Below are positions 49,797-59,639 of a DNA stretch of 64,000 bases, in pieces. This DNA comes from Rickettsiales bacterium. Lineage in GTDB: Bacteria; Pseudomonadota; Alphaproteobacteria; Rickettsiales; G965195355. The notes below the pieces were generated by a model that did no database searches, had not been told where the DNA came from, and worked only from the letters and a program-made list of their open reading frames with translations. Each line of letters starts with the position of its first letter. Within the stretch, counting starts at the first letter, position 1. The position numbers were made by a program, and so were the translations under genes. The stretch is from the NCBI GenBank assembly GCA_965195355.1, contig OZ239627.1, positions 540,239 to 604,238 on the forward strand, written 5' to 3'.

Positions 49797-51338
49797 ATGG
49801 TTGCATTTTTAGGCTTGGAAAGCACTTCTAGTTATGGGGGGGCTATTTTAGAAGTGGTTGAAGATATCTCTGCTAGGGAAATGATTCCTAAAGAAGGTCT
49901 TTTTATTGCGTTAGAGAAAGCGGTTTTATCTCTATTAAAATCCGAATATGGAGATTCTGATAGTTTTACTGTGAACGTGAACAGAGCTAATGGCGAGATT
50001 GCAATACAACGCAAAGCATTGGTATGCATGGATGATATTGCGTCTAGTGATATGGATTGCATTACAATCTCTTTACCTGAAGCTCAAAAGATATGCGAAG
50101 GATGTAAAGTGGGAGATGTCATTTCTTATCCTGTGAATTTTCTTAATGTAAATCACAAAGGCTTTGCTTTGATGAAAAAAGCAATAGGAGTTGCAATAAA
50201 TTTTTCTGTGCTGAATGAGCAATACAAAAAATACAGTAAAATGATATATGACATGGTGCGTGGAAATGTCAAGAGTATTGATCGTCGCGGATTTACAATA
50301 GAGATTTCTCGTGGAGTAGAAGCGTTATTATCGCATGAAGAATGCATACAAGGAGAGGTTGTGCGCATAGGAGACAATATAGGATCTGTCGTTATAAGAG
50401 TGGATCAACCTAGAGTGGATGAATTGAAGAATCGTATAGTATACCTCTCTAGAAAAAGCCCAGAATTCTTGAGAGCATTATTTTGCTCTCATGTACGAGA
50501 AATTAGTGATGGAGATATAGCAATACGCGGTGTTGTTCGGGATGCGGGTTTTTTGTCGAAAGTAGCAGTTCATTCAGTGAATCCAGGAATTGATCCGGTA
50601 GGTGCATGTGTTGGTGTGAAAGGAAATAGAATTACAATGATTAGATCAGAAATTAATAATGAGAAGATTGATATTATACGATACACCAACTCAGATACGG
50701 ATTTCGTTGTTAACGCTATGAATGTTCCTATTAAAAAAGTTGTGATTAATGAAAATTCTAATTCCATGGAAATGGTTGTAGAAGATGAAGATTTACATAA
50801 AGCAATAGGAAGAAGAGGTCAAAATGTTCGCTTGGCATCTCAATTAACTGGATATAAAATTAAAGTTTTAAGCAAACAAGATGAGCATGATCGCACTAAG
50901 CAAGAATCTGAATCTGCAGTCAGGATTTTTAAAGAGATACTGGGGGTAAGTGAAATGATGTGTCAATTATTAATTTCTGAAGGATTTCTTTCTATACAAG
51001 ATGTTGCATACGCGCAATCTAATGAGTTTCTTGAAATGTGTTCTACACAAGAAGCAGAAAGAATAATTGAGACAGCCGCAAAATATTTGATTTCAGATTT
51101 AGAGCGAGAGCAAGATGCAATTCGAGACACAAAAATCCATGATGAGCTAAAGGAGATTTGCATTGATATATTAAATGTTGAACAAATGCAAGCGATGGAT
51201 CAAGCTGGAATTCATTCTCTAGAGCAGGTTGCGGTATTATCATCATATGAACTGCGTGATATCATTAAAGGGTCTGTGGACATAGATGAATTAGGTGGCA
51301 TAATAGTTAGTGTGAGAGAGAAATTGCGGTGGATTTGA
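49797..51338 (+). CDS. nusA: Transcription termination factor NusA
   Basis: S1 domain, RDAG..SKVAV, DPVGACVG, EKIDII, AIGRRGQNVRLASQLTG. Confidence 0.93.
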   Translation: MVAFLGLESTSSYGGAILEVVEDISAREMIPKEGLFIALEKAVLSLLKSEYGDSDSFTVNVNRANGEIAIQRKALVCMDDIASSDMDCITISLPEAQKICEGCKVGDVISYPVNFLNVNHKGFALMKKAIGVAINFSVLNEQYKKYSKMIYDMVRGNVKSIDRRGFTIEISRGVEALLSHEECIQGEVVRIGDNIGSVVIRVDQPRVDELKNRIVYLSRKSPEFLRALFCSHVREISDGDIAIRGVVRDAGFLSKVAVHSVNPGIDPVGACVGVKGNRITMIRSEINNEKIDIIRYTNSDTDFVVNAMNVPIKKVVINENSNSMEMVVEDEDLHKAIGRRGQNVRLASQLTGYKIKVLSKQDEHDRTKQESESAVRIFKEILGVSEMMCQLLISEGFLSIQDVAYAQSNEFLEMCSTQEAERIIETAAKYLISDLEREQDAIRDTKIHDELKEICIDILNVEQMQAMDQAGIHSLEQVAVLSSYELRDIIKGSVDIDELGGIIVSVREKLRWI

Positions 51339-51354
51339 ATTTATTGGTATATCT

Positions 51355-53622
51355 GTGTCTTTAGGGGGTGTTACAGTAGAATTTCGTAGATCTCGCAAGA
51401 AAGTGGATATATCGGCTCTTAAAAATAAACTTGCTCTTGGGAAGAAAAGTGAAAATATAAATGAGCAGAAACTCGATCCCAAAGAAAGTGCGGCACGTCT
51501 TATTACCCCATCTATAGAATCGAAACAAGTGAGCACTGCAAAGGAAGTAATGCAAAATCGAGCCACTGCAATTAAAAAGAACCTTAATCTGACAATGAGC
51601 TTGGGTAGTAATTCAAGTAAAAATTTACATAAAAAACAATATAAAGTTAGTGCGAATGATTATGCAGGATCTCTTAAGAGAGTACACTCAACGGACAAAG
51701 AAAGAAAACAAAAAGTTAATAAATTGAGATTATCTGTAGAAGATTCTACTACTCAGGATACGATATCTACTCAAGATACCATGTCGGAGGGTGCGAGAGT
51801 GCGGCGCGTTATGAGAAATAATCTGTCCATTCGTAGAAGATCTAGTTCTCGTGGTTCTAAAAAAGTATCACATATTGTGCGCAAGATTAGCATTGCAAAA
51901 GAAGTGTCTTTATTGACGTTAGCTCGAGAGATGTGTATTAAGATTAATATCTTACGAAATAGAATTAAGGGATTCGCAATAGTTGATTATGATCACATAC
52001 CATATGATGTTGCATCACAAATTGTGCGCATGTTTGGTCATGAATCTGAGGCGATTAAAGATAATGCAGAAAAGATTAATGACATTCTATCCTCTTCCAT
52101 TAAACAATCGTGCAATTTAGTACATAGACCACCTATTGTTGCTGTAATGGGGCATGTTGATCATGGCAAAACCTCTCTATTGGATTGCATCCGCAACACT
52201 AGTGTTGCGGATAGAGAAGCTGGTGGAATTACTCAAAGTATAGGTGCATATCGTGTTTTATTAAAAAACAATGACAGTATAACATATATCGATACCCCTG
52301 GTCATGAAGCATTTACATTTATGCGCATGAGGGGTGCAAATGTGACAGATATAGCAATCTTGGTAATTGCTGCTACTGATAGCGTAAAGGACCAGACCAT
52401 TGAAGCAATCAATCATGCAAAATCTGCTAAAGTTCCAATTATTATTGCAATTACCAAAATTGATATGCCGGGATCTAATACTCAAAAAGTACATGAAGAT
52501 CTTGCGCGTCATGACATAGTAACTGAGTATTTAAATGGTGATACACTATATGTAAATGTTTCTTCAAAAACAGGCGAGGGCATTGATGAGTTGCAAGAGA
52601 TGATTTTATTGCAATTTGAAATGATGGACATTAAAGCAGATATTACATCTGATGCTGTAGGTGTTGTATTAGAATCAAGAATGGATGCTAAAATAGGTCC
52701 AATTGCAAGCGTTATTGTTCAAAATGGTACACTACATTGTCATAATCTTATTGTGTCTGGGAGTGTTCGTGGAAAGATACGATCATTGCGCAATGATTCT
52801 GGTGTAATGATTACTGAAGCAGGTCCATCAACTCCTGCAGAAATTATGGGGCTGGATTCTTTACCTGGAGCGGGAGATATGTTTCATGTGGTACAATCTA
52901 TTTCTGATGCTAAATATATATCTGAACATAATCAACCAGATACATCTCAAAGAAGTCAAAATACTCAAATTGATCGCGATGAAATATCAAATCTTGATGC
53001 ATTGATCAATGATGCAGATGATATACAGGAAGTGAAAATTATAGTAAAATCTGATACCGAAGGATCGAGAGAGGTTCTTGTATCTTCGATTAGTAAATTA
53101 GATATAGAAAATGTGCGATACGTGATATTGCATTCTGGCGTTGGTAAGATATCAGAATCTGATGCTATGTTGGCTAAGGTGTCAAATGCTATAATAATAG
53201 CATTTAATATAAAAGGGGATGTACGATCTAGATCTATTATAAAAGAAAATAATACTAGAGTGATATCTCATAGAGTGATATATAGTGTGATTGATGATCT
53301 TAAATTGATGGTTTTGGGTAATAACACCGATAATGCACAACAAGAAGTGATTGTGGGAGTAGCAGAAATTAGGAATATATTTCGAGTCTCAAAAATAGGC
53401 AATATAGCTGGTAGCTATATTACAAAAGGCAAAATAACAAGAGGTTGTGCCGTGAGAATACTGCGCGATAGCGTTATGATATATGAGAGCGTCATTGAAT
53501 CGTTAAGACATATCAAAGATAACGTTAAAGAACTTGGTAAGGGATATGAATGTGGTATTTCAATTGCAAAGTTTCAAGATTTTAAATTAGGAGATATTAT
53601 AGAATGCTTCACTATGGAGTAA
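51355..53622 (+). CDS. infB: Translation initiation factor IF-2
   Basis: RPPIVAVMGHVDHGKTSLLD, EAGGITQ, DTPGHEAF, TKID, GYECGI. Confidence 0.97.
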   Translation: MSLGGVTVEFRRSRKKVDISALKNKLALGKKSENINEQKLDPKESAARLITPSIESKQVSTAKEVMQNRATAIKKNLNLTMSLGSNSSKNLHKKQYKVSANDYAGSLKRVHSTDKERKQKVNKLRLSVEDSTTQDTISTQDTMSEGARVRRVMRNNLSIRRRSSSRGSKKVSHIVRKISIAKEVSLLTLAREMCIKINILRNRIKGFAIVDYDHIPYDVASQIVRMFGHESEAIKDNAEKINDILSSSIKQSCNLVHRPPIVAVMGHVDHGKTSLLDCIRNTSVADREAGGITQSIGAYRVLLKNNDSITYIDTPGHEAFTFMRMRGANVTDIAILVIAATDSVKDQTIEAINHAKSAKVPIIIAITKIDMPGSNTQKVHEDLARHDIVTEYLNGDTLYVNVSSKTGEGIDELQEMILLQFEMMDIKADITSDAVGVVLESRMDAKIGPIASVIVQNGTLHCHNLIVSGSVRGKIRSLRNDSGVMITEAGPSTPAEIMGLDSLPGAGDMFHVVQSISDAKYISEHNQPDTSQRSQNTQIDRDEISNLDALINDADDIQEVKIIVKSDTEGSREVLVSSISKLDIENVRYVILHSGVGKISESDAMLAKVSNAIIIAFNIKGDVRSRSIIKENNTRVISHRVIYSVIDDLKLMVLGNNTDNAQQEVIVGVAEIRNIFRVSKIGNIAGSYITKGKITRGCAVRILRDSVMIYESVIESLRHIKDNVKELGKGYECGISIAKFQDFKLGDIIECFTME

Positions 53623-54440
53623 AATTTTTCCCATCTAGGGATTTTGGACGTATTGCATTCTACGACGTTGGTAGTAGTGATAAAGTTGTATTGTGTGTTC
53701 ATGGGATTACTAGAAATAAACATGATTTTGATGTCTTGATATCTAAATTATCTCAATCATATAGATGCATATCGCTTGATATTATAGGTCGCGGAGAAAG
53801 TGATTACTCGGATCGGATTGCGGATTATAATTATATCACATACTGCAAGCAAGTTATAACTCTATTACGATATCTCAAAATAGATCAAGTACACTATATC
53901 GGAACTTCTATGGGTGGGATTATTGGTATGTATCTTGCAAATTATTATCCAACTACAATATCTAGTCTACTGCTCAATGATATTGGTATGAGTATTAATT
54001 CTGATATTTTACATACGATATACAATTTATTGTCTCAACATTATATATTTCATACTTATGAACAAGCGTTATCGGAGTTAAAGATTATGCTTGATCCGTG
54101 TAAAATACAAGATTTTCAACATATTGGGCGTCATAGTATAACAAGATCAGGAGACCAATATCGATTCGCATATGATTACAAGATAGTGCGACGCTTATAT
54201 GATGACATTCAAAATTTAAATGTAATAGATTTTACTTTATTATTTCAAAGAATTTCGATTCCGATTATGGTATTGAGAGGAAAAAACTCCAAAGTTTTAA
54301 CACAGAAAATCGTGAATGATATGATTAATGTCAATAGTAAATTAATCATTAAAGAATATCCAGGCTTCGGTCACTATCCCAATCTTATGTCATATGATCA
54401 AATATCAGATATAAATGATTGGTTGAGAGCATTATGTTGA
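53604..54440 (+). CDS. Alpha/beta hydrolase
   Basis: HGITRN..DF, GRGES, GTSMGG nucleophile elbow, LNDIG, GHYP. Confidence 0.9.
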   Translation: MLHYGVKFFPSRDFGRIAFYDVGSSDKVVLCVHGITRNKHDFDVLISKLSQSYRCISLDIIGRGESDYSDRIADYNYITYCKQVITLLRYLKIDQVHYIGTSMGGIIGMYLANYYPTTISSLLLNDIGMSINSDILHTIYNLLSQHYIFHTYEQALSELKIMLDPCKIQDFQHIGRHSITRSGDQYRFAYDYKIVRRLYDDIQNLNVIDFTLLFQRISIPIMVLRGKNSKVLTQKIVNDMINVNSKLIIKEYPGFGHYPNLMSYDQISDINDWLRALC

Positions 54441-55114
54441 TAGATTTTGATGCTCATAAATTATTAATTGCAATATTATTTGTATTGAGATACGCACTAA
54501 TGTTATCTGCATTACCTGGATTAATGCATTTACCAAAGATTACTTTGATATCGTTATCAATTGCTCTGTGTGTATGTAATCTTGATATTGTACATATGAA
54601 TATTGCGATATTGAATATTGTAGATTACATCATCATGTCATTTATAATGTACTCCATATTGAAAATATCCTTTAGTATATTCACAGAAATTGGTAGATTG
54701 ATATCCATAAGTACGGGAATGATGAATACTATAATATTAAATCCTTTATCTAAATCAAATAATGATATATTGAGTGTGTTTATGGAATCTCTATGTTCTG
54801 TATTGATTTTAAATTCAGGATATATAGCTATTTTATTAAAATTTATTTTATATCAAAATTCTATAGATATACAGTATTTATATAATTTAATACCAAAAAC
54901 ATTAAATTATATATTAATTATTTCAATTCCAATGATTTCGTTATCATTTTTATTATATGTAATGACTGGTGTGATATCTAAAATTTTACAAAATGTCCAA
55001 TTGATTTTCATTATAGCACCTATTCAAATGATATTTGGGATCTTTGTAATCAATTTCTCATTATATTGGATGGTAAATAGTGCAATTTCATTGTATATTA
55101 CATTCGTAAATTAA
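54434..55114 (+). CDS. fliR: Flagellar export gate protein FliR (divergent)
   Basis: Very hydrophobic; FVLR..MLSALPG, IGRLIS.STG..NP and SIP...LL..TGVISK...VQ.IFI.API align with FliR motifs. Confidence 0.72.
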   Translation: MLIDFDAHKLLIAILFVLRYALMLSALPGLMHLPKITLISLSIALCVCNLDIVHMNIAILNIVDYIIMSFIMYSILKISFSIFTEIGRLISISTGMMNTIILNPLSKSNNDILSVFMESLCSVLILNSGYIAILLKFILYQNSIDIQYLYNLIPKTLNYILIISIPMISLSFLLYVMTGVISKILQNVQLIFIIAPIQMIFGIFVINFSLYWMVNSAISLYITFVN

Positions 55115-55122
55115 TGTGTGAA

Positions 55123-55263
55123 ATGAAATTTCTATTTACTATATTATGTTTTATATGTCTTACTTCTTGTTCAAACATGGATGAAAAATATTCTGAGTCT
55201 AGTTGTAAGAATAATATAAGAGAAAATATTAATGATTTGTGCCCAGAAAGACCAATAAATTAA
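55123..55263 (+). CDS. 46-aa lipoprotein resembling rickettsial VirB7 (RvhB7/DUF2706)
   Basis: MKFLFTILCFICLTSC-SNMDEKYSESSCKNNIRENINDLCPERPIN*; lipobox LTSC, two further Cys, C-x2-RPIN end. Not in the ORF track. Confidence 0.7.
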   Translation: MKFLFTILCFICLTSCSNMDEKYSESSCKNNIRENINDLCPERPIN

Positions 55264-55327
55264 TATTGAGTATTGCTGTTATAACGAAAGAATATATTAC
55301 GCAATCAATCTGCTTCCTGAACTAATA

Positions 55328-55505
55328 GTCATATGTATATATTTTGTATGACATTAAATCGTATTTCATTATCCTGTTGCAGTTATGCAACAGGATATAT
55401 CCGTACTTGTACCTTATATATCTGTTCGTGTGATCTATTGTAGTATTTCTACCTTAAATTACAGAATTCGAAATGCATACTACCTTTGGTATGTAATGCA
55501 TTTCG
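55328..55505. ncRNA. Multi-hairpin non-coding region (possible sRNA or structured leader)
   Basis: Stems: gtcatat..gtatgac (55328-55352); tatcctgttgca-gtta-tgcaacaggata (55370-55397); cgaaatgcat..tacc-ttt-ggta..atgcatttcg (55469-55505). Confidence 0.4.
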
Positions 55506-55572
55506 TTTTGCGCATTAGTAATTACGAAGTTACTGTCAACTCATTACATAAAATTTTATACGCGAGGTTAGT

Positions 55573-56142
55573 ATGTTTCAGGCAAAAGTCATGCAAGGAA
55601 ATTTTTTTATCCAAGATCAAGCGATTAGCGCTTCTCAAACACCGGTATTATCTTTACAGGGTATTAAGAATTTCTTAAATATTGATTCTGATGACTTATC
55701 GCAAGACTTGACACTTACCATGATATACAATTGTGTAATTGATTATGCTGAAGTATACACAGGTAGATCTTTCAGAATGCAAGATAAAAAATTAATCATC
55801 AAAGATTATATTCCAAGGCAACTATATTTACCATATAGTCCAGTGATCTCAGTAAATAATATATCTCTCACGGATAGTTATGGAAATCTAATCAAAATAG
55901 ATTTAGTGAATCAATGTCGTATTTTTACTGAGATTGCATATTTGGAATTTCTCAATGTTACTCTACCGAATAATGGACTTATTACTATTCAATATTCAGC
56001 TGGATATTCTAATCTTGATCTAATACCAGGTTCTGTAAAGCAAGGTATGCTATGTCAAATCGCTAGCATATATAAAGATGATAAAACATCTGAATATAAA
56101 GATTATTACGATACATGCAAAGATATCAAAATGATATTATGA
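55573..56142 (+). CDS. Phage/GTA head-tail connector (adaptor; phiE125 gp8 / RcGTA g6-like)
   Basis: PVLSLQGIKNFLNID..D, YAEVYTGRSF..Q, LPYSPVISV, IQYSAGY, IP..VKQGML..IA..Y. Confidence 0.85.
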   Translation: MFQAKVMQGNFFIQDQAISASQTPVLSLQGIKNFLNIDSDDLSQDLTLTMIYNCVIDYAEVYTGRSFRMQDKKLIIKDYIPRQLYLPYSPVISVNNISLTDSYGNLIKIDLVNQCRIFTEIAYLEFLNVTLPNNGLITIQYSAGYSNLDLIPGSVKQGMLCQIASIYKDDKTSEYKDYYDTCKDIKMIL

Positions 56143-57524
56143 ATAAGAAATTATTATTGAATGCGATATTGAGATCAGATTTTGAGAGTTTTATCGAGAA
56201 AGTGTTTAACACTGTTTCTCCAAATAATGTGTTGCAATGGAATTGGCATATTAATGCAATATCCCATAACTTACATTGCCTTGTATCTGGAAGAATATCA
56301 AGATTAATCATCAATATTCCACCGCGATATTTGAAATCAATTATTGTGAGTGTTGCTTGGCCTGCATTCTTATTAGGATGCAATCCTAATTTGAGAATTA
56401 TTGTTGTTAGTTATTCCAATGCATTGAGTATAAAACATTCTCTAGACACAAGAGATGTAATGAATTCTTTATGGTATCGAGAGTTATTTCCGAATGTTAG
56501 ATTAAAAAATGATCAAAATGAAAAAAACAAATTCTATACCACTCAGCATGGTTTTAGATTTGCTACTTCCGTCAATAGTACTCTTACTGGTGAGGGTGGT
56601 GATATTATCATTATTGATGATCCTCACAATCCAAATGACATTGAAAGTGAAATAAAACGAACATCAATACATAGATGGTTTGAAAATGTTTTAATTAGTA
56701 GATTAAACAACAGAAAAACAAGTAGTATTGTTGTTGTGATGCAGAGATTGCATGATGATGATTTGACAGGATATTTATTGAGAAAATTTCCAGATCTTTG
56801 GAATCATTTGAATCTTCCGATAATATCTAAAGAGAATGAGGAGATTCCAATCAATCCTGGATTGCAAAAACGATTCATTGGAGACATTTTACACCCAGAG
56901 CGTGATGGATATGATGAAATTAAAAAAATTAAAATAGAAATAGGGTCTCATGCTTTTGCTGCACAATATCAACAATCACCCATCAAATCAACGAGTCAAT
57001 TTATCAATCTTGAATGGCTCCAGAGATACGAAAATATGCGCGAAGGTACTACAATACAAAGTTGGGATACTGCTATTTCTGATTCTGATACCGCGGATTA
57101 CAGTGTTTGTAGCACTTGGAGTATAATGCATGGAGGTTTGTACTTGTTGGATATTGAGCGTAATAGATTGCAATATAGCGCTTTAAAAAAGCTAACAATA
57201 TCACAATGGAAAAAATGGAATGCAAGTGTTATATTGATTGAAAATAAAGCTAGTGGACAACAATTGATACAAGAATTAAATAAAAACCTTCCTATTATTA
57301 GTATTAATCCATTAAATGATAAATTATCACGCTTTGTTCGTATAATTCCTATTATAGAATCCAAGCGTATTTTTTTACCAAGGGAAGCGCATTGGTTGAG
57401 AGAATTTGAAAGTGAGTTATTATTGTTTCCAAAATCAAGATACGATGATCAAGTGGATAGTATGATGCAATTTTTAGAATATCAATCCACGAAACATAAT
57501 AATATATATTGTCGTATAATATAG
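56139..57524 (+). CDS. Phage/GTA terminase large subunit
   Basis: RLIINIPPRYLKS (Walker A), TGEGGDIIIIDDP (Walker B), VMQRLH.DDL, QYQQ.P, nuclease QSWDTA..DYS, IENKASG, DDQVDS; ATGA coupling to the adaptor gene. Confidence 0.93.
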   Translation: MNKKLLLNAILRSDFESFIEKVFNTVSPNNVLQWNWHINAISHNLHCLVSGRISRLIINIPPRYLKSIIVSVAWPAFLLGCNPNLRIIVVSYSNALSIKHSLDTRDVMNSLWYRELFPNVRLKNDQNEKNKFYTTQHGFRFATSVNSTLTGEGGDIIIIDDPHNPNDIESEIKRTSIHRWFENVLISRLNNRKTSSIVVVMQRLHDDDLTGYLLRKFPDLWNHLNLPIISKENEEIPINPGLQKRFIGDILHPERDGYDEIKKIKIEIGSHAFAAQYQQSPIKSTSQFINLEWLQRYENMREGTTIQSWDTAISDSDTADYSVCSTWSIMHGGLYLLDIERNRLQYSALKKLTISQWKKWNASVILIENKASGQQLIQELNKNLPIISINPLNDKLSRFVRIIPIIESKRIFLPREAHWLREFESELLLFPKSRYDDQVDSMMQFLEYQSTKHNNIYCRII

Positions 57525-57537
57525 ATGTAAATCTATA

Positions 57538-58401
57538 TTATGAATTAATTAACGTGCCACATCCTGCTTGAGTAAAGATCTCTAATAACAACAAATGATA
57601 TTTATTGCCATTGAGTATATGAGCATGTTTCACATTATTTTGTATTGCTCCAATACAAGTTTCGACCTTTGGTATCATTCCACTGTTTATAACTCCAGAT
57701 TGAATCATATTTGCTATATCAGAAATACTTGTTTTAGATATGAGATTTTGATTTTCATCTAATATTCCCTCCACATCAGTCATAATAATCAATTTTTGCG
57801 CGCATAATGCAGATGCAATTACTCCTGCAACACTATCTGCATTAGTATTTAATGTTCTTCCAGTCTTGGAGATACAAATGGGGCTAATTATTGGTACGAA
57901 ATTATTATTTAGTAATGTATATAAAATCTCAGGATTTACATGATCTGGTATTCCTGTATTTGCAAAATCGATTCGTGCTCCATCAACATGATTGATACCA
58001 ATTACTTCAGATATAATCATGTTGCAATCTTTGCCAGATATTCCAATGGCGTTAACTTTGTGTTCATTTAAAGTTGATACTATTTTCTTATTAACTGATC
58101 CAGATAATATCATTTCCACGATGTCTATACTATGTTCATTGGTGATTCTTAATCCTTTGAAAAATTCAGTTTTAATGTTAAATTTACTGAGTGTATCAGA
58201 AATTAAATTTCCTCCACCATGCACAATAACAATTTTAATTCCAGCGGATCTTAACAATGCTATATCTTGAGCAAAATTTACTAAAGTATCTCTTTTGTGC
58301 GCGATGGAGCCACCGAATTTGATCACAAATATTTTATCAGAGAAAAGATTGACATATGGTAAGGCTTCAATCAAAATTTTAATTTCCTTTATAATATCCA
58401 T
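57538..58401 (-). CDS. argB: Acetylglutamate kinase
   Basis: LIEALPY, VIKFGG, VHGGG, GLRIT, NTNAD, TDVEG, GMIPKV, LLLEIFT..GCGT. Confidence 0.96.
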   Translation of the reverse strand: MDIIKEIKILIEALPYVNLFSDKIFVIKFGGSIAHKRDTLVNFAQDIALLRSAGIKIVIVHGGGNLISDTLSKFNIKTEFFKGLRITNEHSIDIVEMILSGSVNKKIVSTLNEHKVNAIGISGKDCNMIISEVIGINHVDGARIDFANTGIPDHVNPEILYTLLNNNFVPIISPICISKTGRTLNTNADSVAGVIASALCAQKLIIMTDVEGILDENQNLISKTSISDIANMIQSGVINSGMIPKVETCIGAIQNNVKHAHILNGNKYHLLLLEIFTQAGCGTLINS

Positions 58402-58465
58402 ATCATTATTGATTATTAATTCTTTATTATAATCAATATAGCATATTTTTCAAGTATAAAGTTTA

Positions 58466-59497
58466 TTATTCAAGAATCGGTACATTAATATGGCCTATCT
58501 TTCTATTATATGTATTCTCTAATTTACCATATCGATATACTACACCTTGGGCATTATTTTTCATGCGTTCAAAATCTTGTCCTAATATATTCTGCATTTC
58601 ATATTTTTGATATATATATGGATGAATCAATGGTTCTTGTGTTAATATTCGTATAAGTTGATCAAATTGAGACACAGAACATCCATTCATTGTCCAATGA
58701 AAAGAGTTATGTGGTCTAGGTGCCATTTCATTGAAAATCACTTTGTGATCCTTGGTTACAAAAAATTCTACTGCCAATATACCAACTAGATCAAGATCCT
58801 CAGCTATGCATTGCGTATATGACAATGCTTGATGTTGGATACTTATATCGATATTAGAATATGGCATCGCAGATCTTAATATTCCATTTTTATGTATATT
58901 TCTAGATATTGGAAATATTTCTATATTCGAATGTATATCTCTAGAGATCAATACAGAAATTTCCTCCAGGAAGTCTATTTTATGTTCTAATATATAATCA
59001 CAGTCAAATTGAATATCTTGAAGCATTGATATATCATCATTCATATTAATATGTATTTGTCCTTTACCATCATATCCAAGTGTTGTGGTTTTCAATATTG
59101 CGTGTGATTGTATATTGCGCAATGCGCTTTCCAACTCAGAATAAGATCTGATTAATTGGTATTGAGTTGTTGGTATTCTTAGCGATTTTACGTATCTTTT
59201 TTCAAAAAATTTATTTTGTGCTATCTTTAAAATATCAAGCGAAGGGAAGCACATATGTTGAATATTGTGTAATATATTAATGGGTATGTTTTCAAATTCA
59301 CACGTGATAGCGTCAACATTTTGAGCGAGTTGTTCTACTGTGTGTAATGTATATTCTAATGGTATAATATTTGGTGTGACTTGAGCAATTGGAGAATTAC
59401 TAACATTCGATAATGCCCAGATTTGATGTCCTTGATTATAAGCAGAGAGAACTAACATTCTACCTAGTTGTCCATCTCCTAATATTCCTATTTTCAT
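58466..59497 (-). CDS. purK: N5-carboxyaminoimidazole ribonucleotide synthase
   Basis: GILGDGQLGRML, TCEFENI, GYDGKGQ, NEMAPRPHNS.HWT, SQF, RKIGHIN. Confidence 0.95.
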   Translation of the reverse strand: MKIGILGDGQLGRMLVLSAYNQGHQIWALSNVSNSPIAQVTPNIIPLEYTLHTVEQLAQNVDAITCEFENIPINILHNIQHMCFPSLDILKIAQNKFFEKRYVKSLRIPTTQYQLIRSYSELESALRNIQSHAILKTTTLGYDGKGQIHINMNDDISMLQDIQFDCDYILEHKIDFLEEISVLISRDIHSNIEIFPISRNIHKNGILRSAMPYSNIDISIQHQALSYTQCIAEDLDLVGILAVEFFVTKDHKVIFNEMAPRPHNSFHWTMNGCSVSQFDQLIRILTQEPLIHPYIYQKYEMQNILGQDFERMKNNAQGVVYRYGKLENTYNRKIGHINVPILE

Positions 59498-59567
59498 ATA
59501 TTGATATCATTAATGCAGTAATTTTAGTAAAAATATATCTTTATGCATAAATTTCTCTGCTCTTAAA

Positions 59568-59592
59568 TTTAACATTTAACATTTAACATTTA
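59568..59592. repeat. 7-nt tandem repeat (TTTAACA x3.5) in the purK/dapF divergent region
   Basis: tttaaca tttaaca tttaaca ttta. Confidence 0.8.
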
Positions 59593-59639
59593 TGCACTAA
59601 ATCTATTTTTTATGATACAATGTTTTTTTTTCATGAACA

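Noticed and set aside
55305-55325. SRP RNA-like TCAGG/AGCAG on the minus strand
   Set aside because: The two motifs are adjacent, with no intervening GNRA-capped stem, so domain IV cannot form.
55385-55678. 97-aa plus-strand ORF from the track
   Set aside because: It overlaps the adaptor gene out of frame, runs through strong hairpins and has no recognisable motif.
55573-57524. Intact prophage
   Set aside because: Only two phage-type genes, no att sites or integrase nearby, flanked by core genes.
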